From an uncultured Bacilli bacterium (lineage in GTDB: Bacteria > Bacillota_I > Bacilli_A > RF39 > UBA660): DNA of 63,302 bases. Of the stretch, positions 46,595 through 55,891 are shown in pieces. Under the pieces are notes generated by a model, which was not told the origin of the DNA, did no database searches, and saw nothing but the letters and a program-made list of their open reading frames with translations. The position numbers and the translations under genes are program-made. The stretch covers positions 1 to 63,302 of the forward strand of contig CANRDF010000004.1 in assembly GCA_947629255.1 (NCBI GenBank). The letters are read 5' to 3'. How positions within the stretch are numbered: position 1 is the first letter of the stretch; every line of letters starts with the position of its first letter.

Positions 46595-46696
46595 CACTTA
46601 CAAGTAAATTGTAAATGTCTCCAATCTTTTTCGGTAGGCATTCAGTGTGCAAAACTGAAATGCTTCCTTTTTTATTATATGAAGTTTCCTTCATCT
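46585..46696 (-). ncRNA. Putative antisense antitoxin RNA D
   Basis: Promoter TTGAAT(46731)-N17-TATACT(46708); GAAA hairpin; GACATTTACAA/TTGTAAGTGTC terminator. Confidence 0.68.
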
Positions 46697-46821
46697 ATAT
46701 ACAGTATACCAAAAATAAATATAAAATTCAAGTAGGAAAAAGTGATTTTAAAACTTTTTGTTTCTTCTTGAGAAATCAAATGATTTCTTTTATAATAGAG
46801 TTTAAGAAAGAGGTGAGAGTT

Positions 46822-48102
46822 ATGAACATCTCGTTACTACCAGCAGATAAATATATTGTACTTAATAAAACACTTCTTACAGAATTAGATTGTAAATATT
46901 TAGTAAGTCTTTATGAACCTATTATTGGCTCCAATGCAGTCAGTTTATATATGACTTTATGGAGAGACTTAGAGCGTTATAATTCTGTAAGTACCGATTA
47001 CTCTCATCATCACCTTATGACTCTGTTAAAAATGAATTTAGAATCCATTAAAATGGCTCGTAAAACATTGGAAGCTGTTGGATTATTAAAAACTTATTAT
47101 GAAGCAGGGGAACCAAGTAACTATGTCTATGAATTATATTCACCTATGACTCCAAAAGAGTTTTTTGCAAATCCTATTTTTAATGTTGTTTTATACAATA
47201 ACATCGGGGCGAAAGAATATGACTTATTAAAACAAGAATTTTCCGTTTTACCGTTTTCTTTCAAAGACTATATAGAAATTACGACACCTTTTGATGAGCT
47301 CTTTAAATCATCCAGTGATTCTGTTTCCTTTGAGGCGATTGGAAGAGAAGTTTTACCGATTACTATGCAAGACCAAGTAGATTTTGATTTACTGATTTCT
47401 AGTTTGCCAAGAGGAATGGTAACTGAAAAAACACTTACCAAAAAAATGAAAGAACTTATCAATAACTTAGCGTTGGTTTATGATTTAGATACTTTAAAAA
47501 TGTGTGAAATTATAAGATTATGTATGAATGAAAAAGGTGCGATTGACAAAGAAGAACTACGAATTCAAACAAGAAAATATTATCAATATAATCATCATGG
47601 AAAATTACCAACTCTTATTTATCGGTCTCAACCTGATTATTTAAAAGACCCAGTCGGGGATACATCAAAAAAAGGAAAGATTATTGAAGTTTTTGAAAAT
47701 ACAACACCTTATGATTTTCTTCGAAGTAAATATCATACAGGAAGTCCCACAAATAGGGATTTAAGACTTATTGAATATTTATTGGTCGATGTTGGATTAC
47801 AGCCGGCTGTATGTAATGTGCTCATTGATTATGTTCTTAAAAAAAATAATAATAAATTAAATAGTTCTTTTGTAGAAACGATTGCTGGTCAGTGGAAACG
47901 AATCGGGGTTCAAACAGCAAAAGATGCGATGGCATTAGCCGAGAAAGAACATAAAAGAATGATGAATAAATTAAATAAAGTAAGTAATAAACCTGTCTCT
48001 AATGATGTACCAGTATGGTTTAATGAAAAGATTGAAAAAGAGGGTATGACAGAGGAAGAATCAAATGAACTTGAAAGTATGTTAAGTAAATATAAAGATT
48101 AG
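46822..48102 (+). CDS. dnaB: Replication initiation / helicase loader DnaB (Bacilli type)
   Basis: LYEPIIG..AVSLY, LEAVGLLKTY, YELYSP, NVLIDYVL, IAGQW; AGGTGA RBS before ATG 46822; precedes dnaI. Confidence 0.9.
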   Translation: MNISLLPADKYIVLNKTLLTELDCKYLVSLYEPIIGSNAVSLYMTLWRDLERYNSVSTDYSHHHLMTLLKMNLESIKMARKTLEAVGLLKTYYEAGEPSNYVYELYSPMTPKEFFANPIFNVVLYNNIGAKEYDLLKQEFSVLPFSFKDYIEITTPFDELFKSSSDSVSFEAIGREVLPITMQDQVDFDLLISSLPRGMVTEKTLTKKMKELINNLALVYDLDTLKMCEIIRLCMNEKGAIDKEELRIQTRKYYQYNHHGKLPTLIYRSQPDYLKDPVGDTSKKGKIIEVFENTTPYDFLRSKYHTGSPTNRDLRLIEYLLVDVGLQPAVCNVLIDYVLKKNNNKLNSSFVETIAGQWKRIGVQTAKDAMALAEKEHKRMMNKLNKVSNKPVSNDVPVWFNEKIEKEGMTEEESNELESMLSKYKD

Positions 48103-48111
48103 GAGGGCCTT

Positions 48112-48972
48112 ATGTTTGTAAGTGGAAATAAAAATATAGAAGCATTAGAAAAAAATTTAAAAGAAGCATGTCAAAATGAGAGTTTCCGTGAATTAGTGAA
48201 GTCTGTTGGACTTACCAAAGAAGAAACAATGAAAAAAGTTACTAAATTACAAGATACTGTGGAAGAACTTGAACATTGTAAAAAATGTAAAGGTCTTTTT
48301 GAATGTAAAAATGCTTACTTAGGACATGTGAGTATGCCTAAGAAAGAAGAAGGATTATTCACTTTCTCTTATGTTCCATGTCGTTATAAAGTGAAAGAAA
48401 ATGAAGTGAGAAAAAGTGAACTTGAAAAAAATAAAGAAGCAAGAATGAAAGATATTGATGGCAGTGATAAAAAAAGAGCAAAAGTGATTAAATGGATTAT
48501 TGAATACTTTGAAAACTTTGATTTTTCAAAACCTCAAAAAGGACTTTATTTAAGTGGAAGTTTTGGCTCTGGAAAAACATTTTTAATCGGTGCTTTATTA
48601 AATGAACTAGAAGAAAAGAAAAACGTGACTACTGAACTTATTTATTTTCCTGAAGTTTTAAAAGATTTAAAAGATTGGGAATTTTATGATGCTAAGATGA
48701 ATTATTATCAAACAGTGGATGTTTTGTGTATTGATGATATTGGAGCCGAAAAGGTGAGTGAATGGAGTCGTGATGAAGTATTGGGAACGATTTTACAATC
48801 GAGAATGAATTCTCATTTACCAACCTTCTTTACATCCAATTTAACTTTAGAAGAACTAGAAATTCATTTAGCTGGGAAAGAATTGGATAAATTAAAAGCA
48901 AGAAGAATTATTGAAAGAATCAAACAACTCACGGAAGAACTTTCTTTAATAAGTGAAAATCGAAGAAAATAA
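48112..48972 (+). CDS. dnaI: Primosomal protein DnaI
   Basis: Zn-binding CKKC..C..C, GLYLSGSFGSGKT, IDDIGAE, RDEVLG.ILQ.R, PTFFTSN, RIIERI. Confidence 0.93.
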   Translation: MFVSGNKNIEALEKNLKEACQNESFRELVKSVGLTKEETMKKVTKLQDTVEELEHCKKCKGLFECKNAYLGHVSMPKKEEGLFTFSYVPCRYKVKENEVRKSELEKNKEARMKDIDGSDKKRAKVIKWIIEYFENFDFSKPQKGLYLSGSFGSGKTFLIGALLNELEEKKNVTTELIYFPEVLKDLKDWEFYDAKMNYYQTVDVLCIDDIGAEKVSEWSRDEVLGTILQSRMNSHLPTFFTSNLTLEELEIHLAGKELDKLKARRIIERIKQLTEELSLISENRRK

Positions 48973-48974
48973 TT

Positions 48975-49256
48975 TTAAGAACATTTCTTTTTTAACTTTT
49001 CGATTTCACATTCCATTCTTTTTAAGACTTCAATTAAAGAATCCATTTGCATTTGACTATTTTGGTTTTGATTCGTTTCCATTCTTCCTTGGATTAAAGC
49101 AAGTTGTCCAGCATAAGCAAGAAGGTAATCTCCGACGAGGACAAGCCAGTTTCCCACACTGTTGGCTTCGTTAGGAGTGAGTTCTGGAGATATCACCGCG
49201 CCTATAATGGCTGCTGAAATTGAATAGAGTTGAGGGTCTATATTGGGAGGAAACAT
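48975..49256 (-). CDS. Hypothetical protein
   Basis: AAGGAGG RBS; LTPNEANSVGNWLVLVG; C-terminal coiled coil. Confidence 0.7.
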   Translation of the reverse strand: MFPPNIDPQLYSISAAIIGAVISPELTPNEANSVGNWLVLVGDYLLAYAGQLALIQGRMETNQNQNSQMQMDSLIEVLKRMECEIEKLKKKCS

Positions 49257-49350
49257 GGATACCTCCTTTTTTAACATTATATGCAAAATGATTAAAAATA
49301 AAATGATTCCCGAAACTTTTTTCTTACATATACTACCTTAGAAAGGTACG

Positions 49351-49584
49351 ATGTTTATGATAAAAGCATCAGATTTAAAAGTAGGAGAAAGTGGGATTAT
49401 TAAAGAAATTCATTTAGAAGAACAAAAATATTTTAAAACGTTGCATTTAGGTGTTATCAAAGGAAACAAAATTCGATGTGTCTTTGAAAGTCCTTTAAAA
49501 GACCCGATTGCTTATACCATCTATGGTTGCACTTTTGCATTAAGACAAGAAGATGCGGATAAAATTATGGTGGAGTATGCATAA
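49351..49584 (+). CDS. feoA: Ferrous iron transport protein A
   Basis: LKVGESGII, SPLKDPIAY, FALRQEDA. Confidence 0.9.
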   Translation: MFMIKASDLKVGESGIIKEIHLEEQKYFKTLHLGVIKGNKIRCVFESPLKDPIAYTIYGCTFALRQEDADKIMVEYA

Positions 49585-51529
49585 GAAAGTGTGTTTAATT
49601 GGAAATCCGAATGTGGGAAAGTCTTCTTTATTTAATATTTTGACACATAAAAATCAACATACGGGAAACTGGACGGGGAAGACTGTTGAAAACGAAGTCG
49701 GAGAGTTTGTTTATAAAAATGTGACTTGGGAGATTGTCGATTTACCAGGAACTTATTCCTTGATTGGAGAGAGTGAAGAAGAAAAGATTGCCAGTTCATT
49801 TGTTTTAAAAGGCGATTATGATGTTGCTTTGGTGGTTGCCGATGCGACCAACTTAGAACGAAGTCTCACTTTGATTTTAGAAGTTTTAGATGTAACTAAA
49901 AACGTAGTCGTGGCATTAAATCTTATGGATGAAGCTAAATTAAAAAATATTCAAATAGATGTAGAAAAGCTTAAAGAATTTTTAGATGTTCCAGTGATTC
50001 CCACAAGTATGAAAAATGTACAAGGCTTAACTTTGCTTTGTGATACCTTAAATAACGAAAGAAAACCAAGTCAAATCAAAATTGTTCATCAAGAGAAAAT
50101 AAAACATTATTTAGATTGGATTTTAGAAAAAAAGGATTTTAGTCAGGGAATGGCTTTGCATTATTTAAGAGAAAATCATTTTGGGGGAAACGAGAAGGAA
50201 GAACATATTTTAAAATTTTATCAAAAATATATTTCTAGAGTCGAAGTGATATTAAGTTATCATGCTTTTGGACAAGACATCATGAAAGAAGTGATTCATA
50301 GAGACAATGAAAAAGAAAAGAGGGAAGATCGGTTTTGGAATCATATTTTAACAAATAAAAAAACTTGTATTCCATTTTTTATTCTTTTGTTTTTCTTCCT
50401 TTTATTTTTAACGATATATTTATCCAATTTTCCTTCAGAATGGCTATTTTCTTTTTTTGAACAATTAGAGCCTTGGTTATTTAAAGTTTTATCATTTTTA
50501 CCAGAAAGTATTTTAAATCCATTGTTACTTGGAGGATATCGGACTCTTTATTGGGTTGTTTCGGTGATGCTTCCTCCAATGATGATTTTCTTTCCATTGT
50601 TTGCAATACTTGAAGATTACGGACTATTACCTAGAATTGCTTTTAACTTAGATAAACCATTTCAAAAGTGCGGCTCTTGTGGCAAGCAAAGTTTAACTAT
50701 GTGTATGGGACTTGGTTGTAACGCGGTAGGTGTCACTGGAACAAGAATTATGGAAAGTAAAAAAATGCGAATCTTATCGATTCTTACCAATGTTTTCATG
50801 CCATGTAATGGACGCTTTCCAGCAATGATTTGTATGATTCAAATGTTTTTGGTGAGAGACCATTCCTTCTTTGGAAGTTTATGGGCATCTTGCATTTTGT
50901 TATTCATTATTTTGTTTGGAGTTCTTCTCACGTTTCTTGTTACCAAGTTACTCAATTTCTTTCTCTTTAAAGACGAAAAACCGATGTTTATTATGGAACT
51001 TCCATCTTTTCGAAGACCAAAGATATGGAAAACCATTAAAAGTGCTTGGAAAGAAAAAGCTTTTCATGTTTTAAAAAGAGCCATGGTTGTTTCTTTTCCA
51101 GCTGGACTTCTTATTTATTTTCTTGCGAATATCGAGGTTGGTGGTCTTACGATTTTCGAAAGTATTCAAAATTTCTTAAATCCTTTTGGACTTTCGTTAG
51201 GGTTAGATGGAGCTATTCTCTTAGCATTTATATTAGGGTTACCTGCCAATGAAATCGTGATTCCTATTTTGTTACTTGGTTATGCTCGAACAGGAGCTTT
51301 AACAGAATACGAGTCTCTCATGAGTTTAAAAATGATTTTGGTAGGAAACGGTTGGACAATTCTCACAGCAATTAATTTTCTAATTCTTAGTTTATGTCAC
51401 TTTCCATGTGCGACTACACTTCTTACCATCAAAAAAGAGTCGGGAAGCATTCTTTATACATTTTTAGCTTTTATGATTCCGACACTTATTGGTATTTTCC
51501 TTTGTTTTCTCATGAATCTCATATTCTAA
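49577..51529 (+). CDS. feoB: Ferrous iron transporter B
   Basis: GNPNVGKS, GNWTGKTVE, DLPGTYSL, MPCNGR, FPCATT. Confidence 0.95.
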   Translation: MHKKVCLIGNPNVGKSSLFNILTHKNQHTGNWTGKTVENEVGEFVYKNVTWEIVDLPGTYSLIGESEEEKIASSFVLKGDYDVALVVADATNLERSLTLILEVLDVTKNVVVALNLMDEAKLKNIQIDVEKLKEFLDVPVIPTSMKNVQGLTLLCDTLNNERKPSQIKIVHQEKIKHYLDWILEKKDFSQGMALHYLRENHFGGNEKEEHILKFYQKYISRVEVILSYHAFGQDIMKEVIHRDNEKEKREDRFWNHILTNKKTCIPFFILLFFFLLFLTIYLSNFPSEWLFSFFEQLEPWLFKVLSFLPESILNPLLLGGYRTLYWVVSVMLPPMMIFFPLFAILEDYGLLPRIAFNLDKPFQKCGSCGKQSLTMCMGLGCNAVGVTGTRIMESKKMRILSILTNVFMPCNGRFPAMICMIQMFLVRDHSFFGSLWASCILLFIILFGVLLTFLVTKLLNFFLFKDEKPMFIMELPSFRRPKIWKTIKSAWKEKAFHVLKRAMVVSFPAGLLIYFLANIEVGGLTIFESIQNFLNPFGLSLGLDGAILLAFILGLPANEIVIPILLLGYARTGALTEYESLMSLKMILVGNGWTILTAINFLILSLCHFPCATTLLTIKKESGSILYTFLAFMIPTLIGIFLCFLMNLIF

Positions 51530-51555
51530 AAAAAAATAAGTTCACTCGCGAGAAC

Positions 51556-51978
51556 TTATTTTTCTTCTTTTGTTTTCTTATCTTTAGGTAGTTTACTATT
51601 TACTTCAACGAGTTCTTTATGAATCATTAAAATAAGTAGAGCACCTTCAAAGAGAAGACGTACTATAATATTACCTAAGAATAATACTAATAAGAATTCA
51701 ATGAAACTAGTACTTATTAAACTAAATGAACTGATGGTAATATAAATAGCGATGACAAGATAACAAATTTTTAAAATGGTCTCTAAAGACATCACTTTAA
51801 AAGTTAAAAAATCATAGATTTTCTTTGTTGCGCCAGTATAATGTTCAGCATTTTTAGGATTTAGGAAAGTAAAATATAAAACAATACCAACACATAATGC
51901 AACTAATATACTTACAATCCCCCAAACACTGGAATCCACTGTACTAGTTTGATAACCATATGAATATGGATAGTTCAT
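51556..51978 (-). CDS. Hypothetical membrane protein
   Basis: Three TM segments, AAAGGAG RBS. Confidence 0.75.
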   Translation of the reverse strand: MNYPYSYGYQTSTVDSSVWGIVSILVALCVGIVLYFTFLNPKNAEHYTGATKKIYDFLTFKVMSLETILKICYLVIAIYITISSFSLISTSFIEFLLVLFLGNIIVRLLFEGALLILMIHKELVEVNSKLPKDKKTKEEK

Positions 51979-52094
51979 AGCTCAAACTCCTTTCTAAAAT
52001 AATCTTATCAAATATTATGTCGAAAAACAAGAAAAATACTTTCGCTTTACTTTTTCTTTGCAAATATATGTGTCATATGATAAAATTTATTTAG

Positions 52095-52168
52095 GCCGAT
52101 TTAGTACAGTGGTAGTACGCATGCATGGTAAGCATGAAAGGAGAGTCCGATTCTCTCAATTGGCACCA
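52095..52168 (+). tRNA. tRNA-Thr (GGT)
   Basis: Acceptor GCCGATT/AATTGGC, D-stem GTAC/GTAC, anticodon arm CATGC-ATGGTAA-GCATG, T-arm GAGAG-TCCGATT-CTCTC, CCA. Confidence 0.93.
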
Positions 52169-52179
52169 GTTGTGTTTAT

Positions 52180-52206
52180 TAAGTCCCATAAATATGGGAC
52201 TTTTTA
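52180..52206. terminator. Terminator after tRNA-Thr
   Basis: AAGTCCCATA-aa-TATGGGACTT-TTTT. Confidence 0.8.
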
Positions 52207-52239
52207 TAAAATTACTCTCAAAATTACTTCTGGTATTTT

Positions 52240-53265
52240 TTAAGTTTTAGACTTCTTGGTTATCTTTTTAGGAATGAAAAGGAATCCAAGTAATAAAACT
52301 TCAAAAATACCTAAAATGATTGGTAAGATATGATATACAATAAGACCTTCTTGATATAAAACGCTACTTAAGATGGACCATCCATATAGAATGATAAGTA
52401 GAACGATAAAATAAATATTTTGATGTTTCTTTGGTAGACTTAGTTTTAGATTATTTCCTATCACTGATAAAGTAATCAAAGAATCAAAGAGCCAAGCAAT
52501 GGATATAATATTTTCTACTTTTTCAATAAAGTTAAAGACTCTTAGCTTCTTTAAAGTCATGTATTCTGGATAACGATAGACTTGCATTAAATTTGGGCCT
52601 AGAATGCCAATAATAAAGAAACATAAAAGAAGAATCGATAAACAAGTGAGTAAATATTTTAAAACAAACTTGTTTTTTTCTGTTGGAATATTTAACATAA
52701 GAAGAAATGGAGCAGTGGAGTAAAAGGCAAAGAAGAGGCTTCCACTTAGAATATCTCCTATAGAATGAGTAAGCACTGGAGTAAAGTATTCAAATTTAAA
52801 GTTTTGAGTGAGTCCAAATATTCCAAATAGAAATAAGAAAAGAGAAATGGGCATTAAAACTTCAGCTACTTTGGCAATAGTGGTAAATCCTGACTTACAA
52901 ATACGGTAAATAATAAAGGGTATCGGAAGAACGATAAAAAATACGGGAGACTTAATTAAAAAGAAAGAACTTGCAAAAGTTTGAAAAACAAAAACAATTT
53001 GAGAGTAGATAAAGATGTTAAAGAGAAAGAAAAGAATTTTTAAAGGCCATTTGGTCCATGATTTTGTTTCGTTTAAATTTCCTTTTAATTTTTCTTTCGC
53101 TGTTTGAAATAAGAAAATAATGAAAGAGCCAATTAAAATACCTAGAATACAAGCAATCCATGCATCTTTATCTAATAATTTAGAAAGTAAAGAAAAACCA
53201 AATCCTAGGAAGAAAGCTCTTCCTAAAAAATAAGAAAGAGAAAAAGTTTTAAGATTATTCATCAT
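52240..53265 (-). CDS. Spore germination receptor subunit B (GerAB/KB family)
   Basis: DAWIA, YPEYM, FIEKVENII..AW; ~10 TMs; in the ger operon. Confidence 0.85.
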   Translation of the reverse strand: MMNNLKTFSLSYFLGRAFFLGFGFSLLSKLLDKDAWIACILGILIGSFIIFLFQTAKEKLKGNLNETKSWTKWPLKILFFLFNIFIYSQIVFVFQTFASSFFLIKSPVFFIVLPIPFIIYRICKSGFTTIAKVAEVLMPISLFLFLFGIFGLTQNFKFEYFTPVLTHSIGDILSGSLFFAFYSTAPFLLMLNIPTEKNKFVLKYLLTCLSILLLCFFIIGILGPNLMQVYRYPEYMTLKKLRVFNFIEKVENIISIAWLFDSLITLSVIGNNLKLSLPKKHQNIYFIVLLIILYGWSILSSVLYQEGLIVYHILPIILGIFEVLLLGFLFIPKKITKKSKT

Positions 53266-54352
53266 TTGTCACCTGAAATATTAATCCATTTTTATTGATA
53301 TTTACATTTACCTCAAACTCCACAGGATATTGATACCAATTGGATAAATCCTTTCTATTTTTTTTATAATATAAATTATTGATTCCTAATATATCGGTTT
53401 GATACGTTTTTAGTTTCTGAAAAACTTTACGAAATTCTTGTTCGACTACTGTATTAAATTTACTCTCTAATTCTTGATAACTTTTTGTTTCTCTAAAGTT
53501 GTAATGACATTCATCTGAAATGATGCTTGCTTCTAAATTACTTTTGATTTTGATCGTGTTATCTTCTACTTCAACCTCGGAATGCTGATTATCATATAAA
53601 TCAATGATGGTATATTTGTCTTTTTGGTCGTCGCATTCTAAAGTGACATAGTGATTGTAAGAAGTATTATTTAAAACATTAAAGATACCTGCTTCCTCTT
53701 TTTCCAGTAAAGTCACTAATTTTTGTTTTTTGAATGCTCCAATACCAGTTAAGGTAATGACATCGTCTTTTTCTTCGACTGTATTCATATAAGCATCTTT
53801 ATGAGGATCTATTAGTAAATCGACAAAGGTTTCAAAGTCTTGTTTGATGGCAATATTTTCATAAGATTTACTCATTTCGATCATATTTCGAATGGATTCT
53901 GAAGTCACAGGGTTTTCGGTAGTTGGTGTATTTAGTATTTCTTTGGCAGGGCTTCCAATTGCTAGTATTGGAACAAAGATATTTCGAATGTTTGGATTTC
54001 TGAGTAAAAAGTCAATGACATCTTCCATTTTTTCATCCGCGACTTCTTCGCTGAAAAGAATGACTTTGACATGAGAAAAATAGGGTTCTTTACTAATACT
54101 TAGATTGGCATTTACAAATGCTTCTTGGACTGTGATTCCCGATGCTTCGACATAATAGGCTTTACTAGAAGAACCTTGTTCACTTCCTTCACTTTTCTTG
54201 CTATTTAATACTTCATAAGAAACAACAAACTCATGATCGATATAATCAATAGAGATTCCAGAGATAATGGCAAGGTTATTTAATTCTTGATAGTCATAAC
54301 AACCAGTAAGAAAAAAGGGAATAAGCAAAAGTAAAAGAATTCTTTTTTTCAT
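53255..54352 (-). CDS. Spore germination receptor subunit C lipoprotein (Ger(x)C)
   Basis: LTGCYDYQELNNLAIISGISID, YFSHVKVILFSE, TDILG. Confidence 0.92.
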   Translation of the reverse strand: MKKRILLLLLIPFFLTGCYDYQELNNLAIISGISIDYIDHEFVVSYEVLNSKKSEGSEQGSSSKAYYVEASGITVQEAFVNANLSISKEPYFSHVKVILFSEEVADEKMEDVIDFLLRNPNIRNIFVPILAIGSPAKEILNTPTTENPVTSESIRNMIEMSKSYENIAIKQDFETFVDLLIDPHKDAYMNTVEEKDDVITLTGIGAFKKQKLVTLLEKEEAGIFNVLNNTSYNHYVTLECDDQKDKYTIIDLYDNQHSEVEVEDNTIKIKSNLEASIISDECHYNFRETKSYQELESKFNTVVEQEFRKVFQKLKTYQTDILGINNLYYKKNRKDLSNWYQYPVEFEVNVNINKNGLIFQVTNDE

Positions 54353-55785
54353 GATTCATTCCTCCTTTGACGACGGAAGTTTTTATCAGTAAGCATTTTA
54401 CTTCGATAAACACTTTTCCAAGATTTTGATTTTAAAAGTCCTTTCATGAAGTAGACTTTATCAAAAGGAGCGATTGGATAAAAGTATGGTTTTCCAAGAC
54501 TTTTTAATTCGACCATATGAATGAGGTAATATAAGAAAGCTAGAACAATTCCATAAAGTCCAAATAGAGCCGCGGCCGTGATAAAAATGAGTCTTGCGTA
54601 TCTTATGGCATCGACAATTTCTTGTTCGGTAAAAATAAGACTTGTAATAAATGTGAAGGCAACGACAATAATCATAATCGGACTTACAAATCCTGCGTTT
54701 ACCGCAGCTTCTCCTAAAATTAAAGCACCGAGAATCGAGATAGCACTTCCATAAGAATTTGGAAACCGGATATCACTTTCTCTTAAGATTTCATAAATGA
54801 AAAGCATGAGAAGGGCTTCAATAATTGCCGGGAATGGAACGTTATCCCGTTGCATTGCAAAGTTAATGAGAAGAGAAGTAGGAATGGTCTCTGGATTATA
54901 ATTAATTAAAGCAATGTAAATCGCGGGAGCCATCATCGAAATAAAAAAACAAAGGAAGCGAATCACTTTTAACAAATTAATATTATTACTTTTATTATAG
55001 TTATCGGTAATAGGATTCATAAAATCCGCGAAGAAAGCGGGGAGAATTAAAGCAAAAGGAGTCGTATCAACTAAAAGAACAATTTTGCCTTCCATTAAAG
55101 CATTGGCTACATGGTCTGGTCTTTCTGTTCGAATGACTGTTGGAAAGTGAGTATTGTTTTCTCTTTGAAAATACTCCATTAGAGTTCCAGAATCTAAAAT
55201 GCCATCGACATCTATTTTTTGAATTTCTTCTTTCACTGAATCTACTAAGTCACTTTCCGCGATATCTTCAAAATATAAGACATTAATAGCCGTGGAGGTT
55301 TTTCTTCCAATCACTAGACTTTCTGATTTTAGAGTTTTCGATTTAATCCGACGTTTGACTAGTCCTAAGTTAATTTGAATATTTTCAGTAAAAGCATCTT
55401 TGGGTCCAAAGACCGCTTGTTCGGTTAAAGGTTCTGGAACACTTCGGTTAATGTCGGCTTTGGTTTCTAAAGCTAGCACTTCTGTACCCTTTATGACTAT
55501 CGTAAAACCATTTGTAATATAGTATTCGATTTGGTCTAACTCTTCAATTACTACTGTATTTGGTGCGGGAATGGAACTTGCTAAATCTTTTAATTTTTGA
55601 TTTGGGGAAGATGCAATCAGAGACATATTTTTTAAAACGTAGTCATTTACTTTATTACTTCCCGTGACACTTTCTAGATAAACAATGTAAACGGTTTGTA
55701 AAGCATTTAATTTGATTGGCTTGATAATGAGGTCGACACTTTTAGAAAATTCTTTTTGAATTCTTTCGACGATTTTATTTTTCAT
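54349..55785 (-). CDS. Spore germination receptor subunit A (GerAA/KA family)
   Basis: GPKDAFTENI..NLGLVKRR, TERPD, R..VPFP, ILGEAAVNAG. Confidence 0.94.
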   Translation of the reverse strand: MKNKIVERIQKEFSKSVDLIIKPIKLNALQTVYIVYLESVTGSNKVNDYVLKNMSLIASSPNQKLKDLASSIPAPNTVVIEELDQIEYYITNGFTIVIKGTEVLALETKADINRSVPEPLTEQAVFGPKDAFTENIQINLGLVKRRIKSKTLKSESLVIGRKTSTAINVLYFEDIAESDLVDSVKEEIQKIDVDGILDSGTLMEYFQRENNTHFPTVIRTERPDHVANALMEGKIVLLVDTTPFALILPAFFADFMNPITDNYNKSNNINLLKVIRFLCFFISMMAPAIYIALINYNPETIPTSLLINFAMQRDNVPFPAIIEALLMLFIYEILRESDIRFPNSYGSAISILGALILGEAAVNAGFVSPIMIIVVAFTFITSLIFTEQEIVDAIRYARLIFITAAALFGLYGIVLAFLYYLIHMVELKSLGKPYFYPIAPFDKVYFMKGLLKSKSWKSVYRSKMLTDKNFRRQRRNES

Positions 55786-55800
55786 AAATTTCACCGTTTT

Positions 55801-55829
55801 TAGTATGAAGCAGTTTTTGTGTTTTAAAC
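55801..55829 (-). promoter_or_regulatory. Possible sigmaG/sigmaF-type promoter of the ger operon
   Basis: GTTTA-N17-CATACTA on the minus strand; ger receptor operons are forespore-expressed in B. subtilis. Confidence 0.5.
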
Positions 55830-55891
55830 ATAAAACTAAAATAAATCGACATTTCCTTTGTTTTGTTTTAAAATAAGAGTAGGTGTTTGAT

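Larger units (their letters stand above)
45825..46740. repeat. Tandem array of type I TA-like modules (B partial, C, D), ~370-385 bp period
   Basis: Block TATGAAGTTTCCT(T/C)CATCT(G/A)TATACAGTATA..TTCAAGT recurs at ~45924, ~46308, ~46678; block TTTTTGCTTGCTAATATTATAAA at ~45993 and ~46377. Confidence 0.92.

Noticed and set aside
45825-46740. Repeats interpreted as a CRISPR array, MITEs or retron msr-msd
   Set aside because: Period of ~380 bp is far too long for CRISPR; no cas, transposase or RT in the window; the inverted arms tolerate G-U pairs and lie inside convergent promoters, pointing to RNA structure rather than DNA ends
46615-46821. N-terminal extension of dnaB in the ORF track
   Set aside because: Runs through TA module D; the RBS-supported start is 46822
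52058-52243. 61-aa ORF
   Set aside because: Overlaps tRNA-Thr and its terminator
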